From Octopus sinensis (Eukaryota): a stretch of DNA of 26,565 bases. Positions within the stretch are counted from its first letter, which is position 1. Each line of letters opens with the position of its first letter. Where the stretch lies: contig NW_021836071.1 of assembly GCF_006345805.1 (NCBI RefSeq), positions 1 to 26,565 on the forward strand, read 5' to 3'. Under the pieces are notes generated by a model that saw only the letters and a program-made list of their open reading frames with translations, did no database searches and was not told the DNA's origin. The translations under genes and the position numbers were made by a program. Shown here piece after piece: positions 23,145 to 26,565 of this stretch.

Positions 23145-23560
23145 GGCAGATATAGTTGTCAGAGATCATGAAGAAAAAAAGTCCTTTCTAACTGATGTAT
23201 CAATACCAGCAGATGACAACGTGTCTCTAAAAGAAATGGAGAAACTTTCAAAATACAAACACCTGGAAATAGAGGTAACCAGAATGTGGAATCTAAAGAC
23301 AGAAACAATCCCTATCATAGCAAGCGCATTAGGCATGATAAAAAAATATTCAGAGAAATACATAACAAAAACACCAGGACTTACAAACACATATAACATA
23401 CAGAAAATTGCACTACAGGGCACTGCACACATCCTACGCAAAACACTTTCAATACAGTTACCATCAGAGAATCACAACAAATCACAACACATACCCAAGG
23501 CACACAGAGCTGCGCTCGGTAGTGAAGTGAAAGCATGCTATAAAAATAAAGCTACTGAAT
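23144..23560 (+). mobile_element. 5'-truncated non-LTR retrotransposon, R4/Dong-like: restriction-like endonuclease domain plus 3' UTR
   Basis: Frame from 23149 reads DIVVRDHEEKKSFLTDVSIPADDNVSLKEMEKLSKYKHLEIEVTRMWNLKTETIPIIASALGMI...IQKIALQGTAHILRKTLS. This is the (RP)D-x-D...K..KY..L RLE pattern and C-terminus of R4-clade ORFs. (TAA)n on both sides. Confidence 0.9.
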
Positions 23561-23561
23561 G

Positions 23562-23618
<57 letters not shown>

Positions 23619-23634
23619 TAATAATAATAATAAT
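23562..23634. repeat. (TAA)n microsatellite, 3' flank of the LINE
   Basis: Seen directly. Confidence 0.97.
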
Positions 23635-23831
23635 CCTTTCTACCGAAATTCGCGGGGAGGGCACAAGTCGTTTACATCGACCTCATTGTTTCAGTGGTGC
23701 TTAATTTATCGACCCCGCAAGGATGGAATGCAAAGTGGACCTCGGCGAAGTTTGATCTCAGGATGTGAAGACGGACAAAATGCCGCTGAACGTTTTGTCC
23801 GGCGTGCTAAAGTTTCTGCTAACTCGCCGCC
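23635..23831 (-). mobile_element. SINE family C, diverged near-full-length copy
   Basis: Minus strand starts ggcggcgagttagcagaaactttagcacgccggacaaaa; core ttaatttatcgaccccgcaaggatggaatgcaaagtggacctcggcg on the plus strand. Confidence 0.87.
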
Positions 23832-23851
23832 ACACAACAACTACTACCACA

Positions 23852-23908
<57 letters not shown>

Positions 23909-23914
23909 GATAAA

Positions 23915-23980
<66 letters not shown>
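23832..23980. repeat. (TAC)n/(TAA)n/(TTA)n microsatellite
   Basis: Seen directly. Confidence 0.96.
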
Positions 23981-24367
23981 TTTAATACTGGTATATTTCA
24001 TTCTGCGTGCTAAGCGATATGTCACGCGAAGGTCAAATTTTATTATTTCGTGGTCGATAAAAAAAGTACAATTCCTGAATTGCAGTCCATTGTTGTCTTT
24101 CTATCGGTTTGTCTTTCCTCAGTATAAAATCGTTTGAAGTCAGATTAAAGACGGTTAGGGTTCATTGAGTCCAAAATTACCCACAACATCGTGATGCTCA
24201 TTCTACATCCATCCTTCTCGAGGTTGAAGACAAAACTAGAAAGCCTGTCACCCATTGACTTATTTATTAATTAATAGCACCAATGCACATTTAATTACAC
24301 GCAAACATTTCCCTTCTATTTCTTATCACGAATTGTTTCGTTTATCACTATTTAAAGCGATAGCAAT

Positions 24368-24562
24368 GTAGCGAACTGGAAGATTCGTTAGCACGCAGGA
24401 CAAAATGCCTGGCAACCGTTCCTCCGTCTTTACGTTTTGGGTTCAAATACCACCGAGGTCGACTTTGGTCGTCATCTTTTCAAAAGAATTCAGAAATGGG
24501 GTAATCGACTACCCCACTCCATTCAAAATTTCAGCCCTTGTGCTTGTGAAAGAAACGATTAT
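24368..24562 (+). mobile_element. SINE family C, diverged, internally deleted
   Basis: gcgaactggaagattcgttagcacgcaggacaaaatgc...gggttcaaataccaccgaggtcgacttt...caaaatttcagcccttgtgc. Confidence 0.82.
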
Positions 24563-24789
24563 AAATATCGGTCGTAGGCAAGGTATGTCCGCATGCTGAA
24601 GAGGTTTCCTCCACATTCACGAGTACTAGAGACCTGTGTTACTGGCTAGCATGTTGGGGAAATGTGATTTTATATAACCTTCCGATCATTCAAACCTTCT
24701 GATTGAAATTAGCGACAGAAATTGTAATGAATCCCGGCAGGTGTGTTGCACCTTAATGAAGAAAGAACAGAGATGCCATATACAAAACC

Positions 24790-24925
24790 TTGCATTACGC
24801 CGATTCTACCTGAAAACGACGTTGAAGGTACACGTGTCTGTGGAATACTCAGTCGCTAATACGTAAATTCAGGATCAGGTAATTCAATTGATTGTATGGA
24901 GATCCACCACAACAACAACCACAAC
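24790..24925 (+). mobile_element. Degenerate 3' part of a family A-related SINE with (CAA)n tail
   Basis: ggtacacgtgtctgtggaatactcagtcgctaatacgtaaattc matches 3499-3542. Confidence 0.7.
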
Positions 24926-25214
24926 ATTTCGACGACTAGGGTGTCTTGCTAAAGGATTAAAACAGATTTTGAGCAAGAAGCTTTTGAAATTTATAAACAT
25001 GTCCTCTTCACTAAACTTATAAAATATGCAATGACATCAAAATATCTTCTCCAGCTGCATATTAATGTGTTTTGTCTGCATAATAACCTAGAGGCATCGC
25101 TCTCTGTTTCGTTGACATGGTCGCAGCAGGAGTCATTTCTTCCATCTTATATCAAACATATAAAGTAGGCACAGTATGCCATAACAAGTTTCTATTTCAT
25201 CCTAATCTCTTGAG

Positions 25215-25254
25215 ATTATTCTTTTCTACTCTAGGCACAAGGCCCGAAATTTTG
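25215..25254 (-). mobile_element. Isolated 3' terminus of SINE family C (tail C1)
   Basis: ttttctactctaggcacaaggcccgaaatttt is nearly identical to 13685-13716. Confidence 0.8.
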
Positions 25255-25344
25255 CTTATCAATTTGTCAGGATCGAATAACAATAGAATTGAAGCCATGG
25301 GGTCCATAGGATCATACACATCAATCAGAAACTATTACTTAGAA

Positions 25345-25752
25345 CCCTGAACTCAGAGAATCGTTTTGCACTATTTTTCCTCTGACTCTTTACATTCTGA
25401 GTTCGAATAACATTGACGTTCACCTTTCGCTTGTTATCATTTCAGGATCGATAAAATTAATTGAAGACCTCTTCTCTAAACATTATTTACCTTCCTATAT
25501 TAATAACAAATAGTATTGCTTTAATCAGGTTGGTGTATTGACAGAATCGTTTCAGAGTCGGACAAGATTCCTTGCTGTGTTCGTAGCGGGTTTTAAAGTT
25601 TTAACCTTAACAAATCTTGCCGAGGTTAACTTGGCTTTTCATACACAACGGTTGATAACATAAAGTACTAACCAAGTACAGGGTGTGTTATAACCATCGC
25701 ACCCTCCCATAACATTTGGAGCGACCGATACGAAGTTAGAAATAAGTATTAT
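25345..25752 (+). mobile_element. Two highly degenerate family C SINE copies (~25345-25460 and ~25530-25752)
   Basis: tctttacattctgagttcgaat...ggatcgataaaattaa and gacagaatcgtt...gccgaggttaacttggcttttcat...gttgataacataaagtact resemble the family C head and core. Confidence 0.6.
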
Positions 25753-26565
25753 CATTGGTGCTGTGTTGCTGTAAATCATCCTTGGTTGCGAAACCTTATG
25801 ATTCAATAAGTCACAGACCCTAATGATTCTTGATGCTGTCCACCAAAAGTAAAGTGCATCGAGGTATACATTGTCCAGTTTCTCTTTCGTTTTGATGATG
25901 GTAAATTGTAATTTAAGGGGCATTTGGTAGATATTTCTACCTTGCTGAGTTCTCCCTTACAGGACCACTCATTAGCATTGCTGCATGAATCAATACAATA
26001 CTGAACTTATTTCTCGTCATTTTACATTTGTTCATGCGTGTAATTTTCAATAAACCCCACATTGTGAACTACTTCATTTGTATAACTGTATTTCCTTCCT
26101 TAAATCTAACTTATTGTTTGTCCGTATTTTTCATACAAATCAAATGTTTCTGTCTCCTGTGTTTATAGACATAAGCGTTGGTTCCATCCTGTTCTCTTTT
26201 ACATAAACTGGCACATTCAAGTCGAGGGATTCCAAATTTTTAAACCCTTAAATGTGGATAAAATCTTAGCCGTCGAAATCTTTTTAATCTTTTTCTCTTT
26301 TACTTTTTCTTTTCTTTTTTCTTTTAACGTTTCCCGGCATCTTCCCAACGGTTCTCTTTCGTTATCGTTGTATTCTAAAAACCTTCGGGAAATTTACCCA
26401 CGTTTAAGAGACTTTTTGCAGCTTTCTTTTACATTTATATTAAAAACAACACAAGTTGCTAATTCTAGCGGATCTGGATGCCAATATCCACTGTTTTAAT
26501 TGAGCGAATTTTGCAAATTCGCTTAAATACTCTGATCGTCTTTTTGATTTTACATTTCGCCAGCG

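Overview
AT-rich, microsatellite-dense eukaryotic non-coding DNA (intron or intergenic). The repeat families resemble, from memory, those of octopus (coleoid cephalopod) genomes; this assignment is inference and was not searched. No complete protein-coding gene, rRNA, tRNA or CRISPR array is supported, and nearly all ORFs in the track are translated microsatellites or SINEs. The sequence does support: many copies of at least three tRNA-headed SINE families (labelled A, B, C here), several with target-site duplications, nesting and tandem insertion; two inverted ~395-bp non-autonomous Helitrons; a Tc1/mariner (DDD-type) transposase remnant; a 5'-truncated R4/Dong-type LINE with a restriction-like endonuclease inside a (TAA)n tract; a ~1-kb tandem duplication that may be an assembly artefact; and an unexplained long foldback at 14.8-15.1 kb. 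A few isolated splice-site-bounded exon candidates are tentative. I found no convincing novel multi-gene system; the best leads are the foldback and the inverted-repeat (dsRNA-capable) structures.
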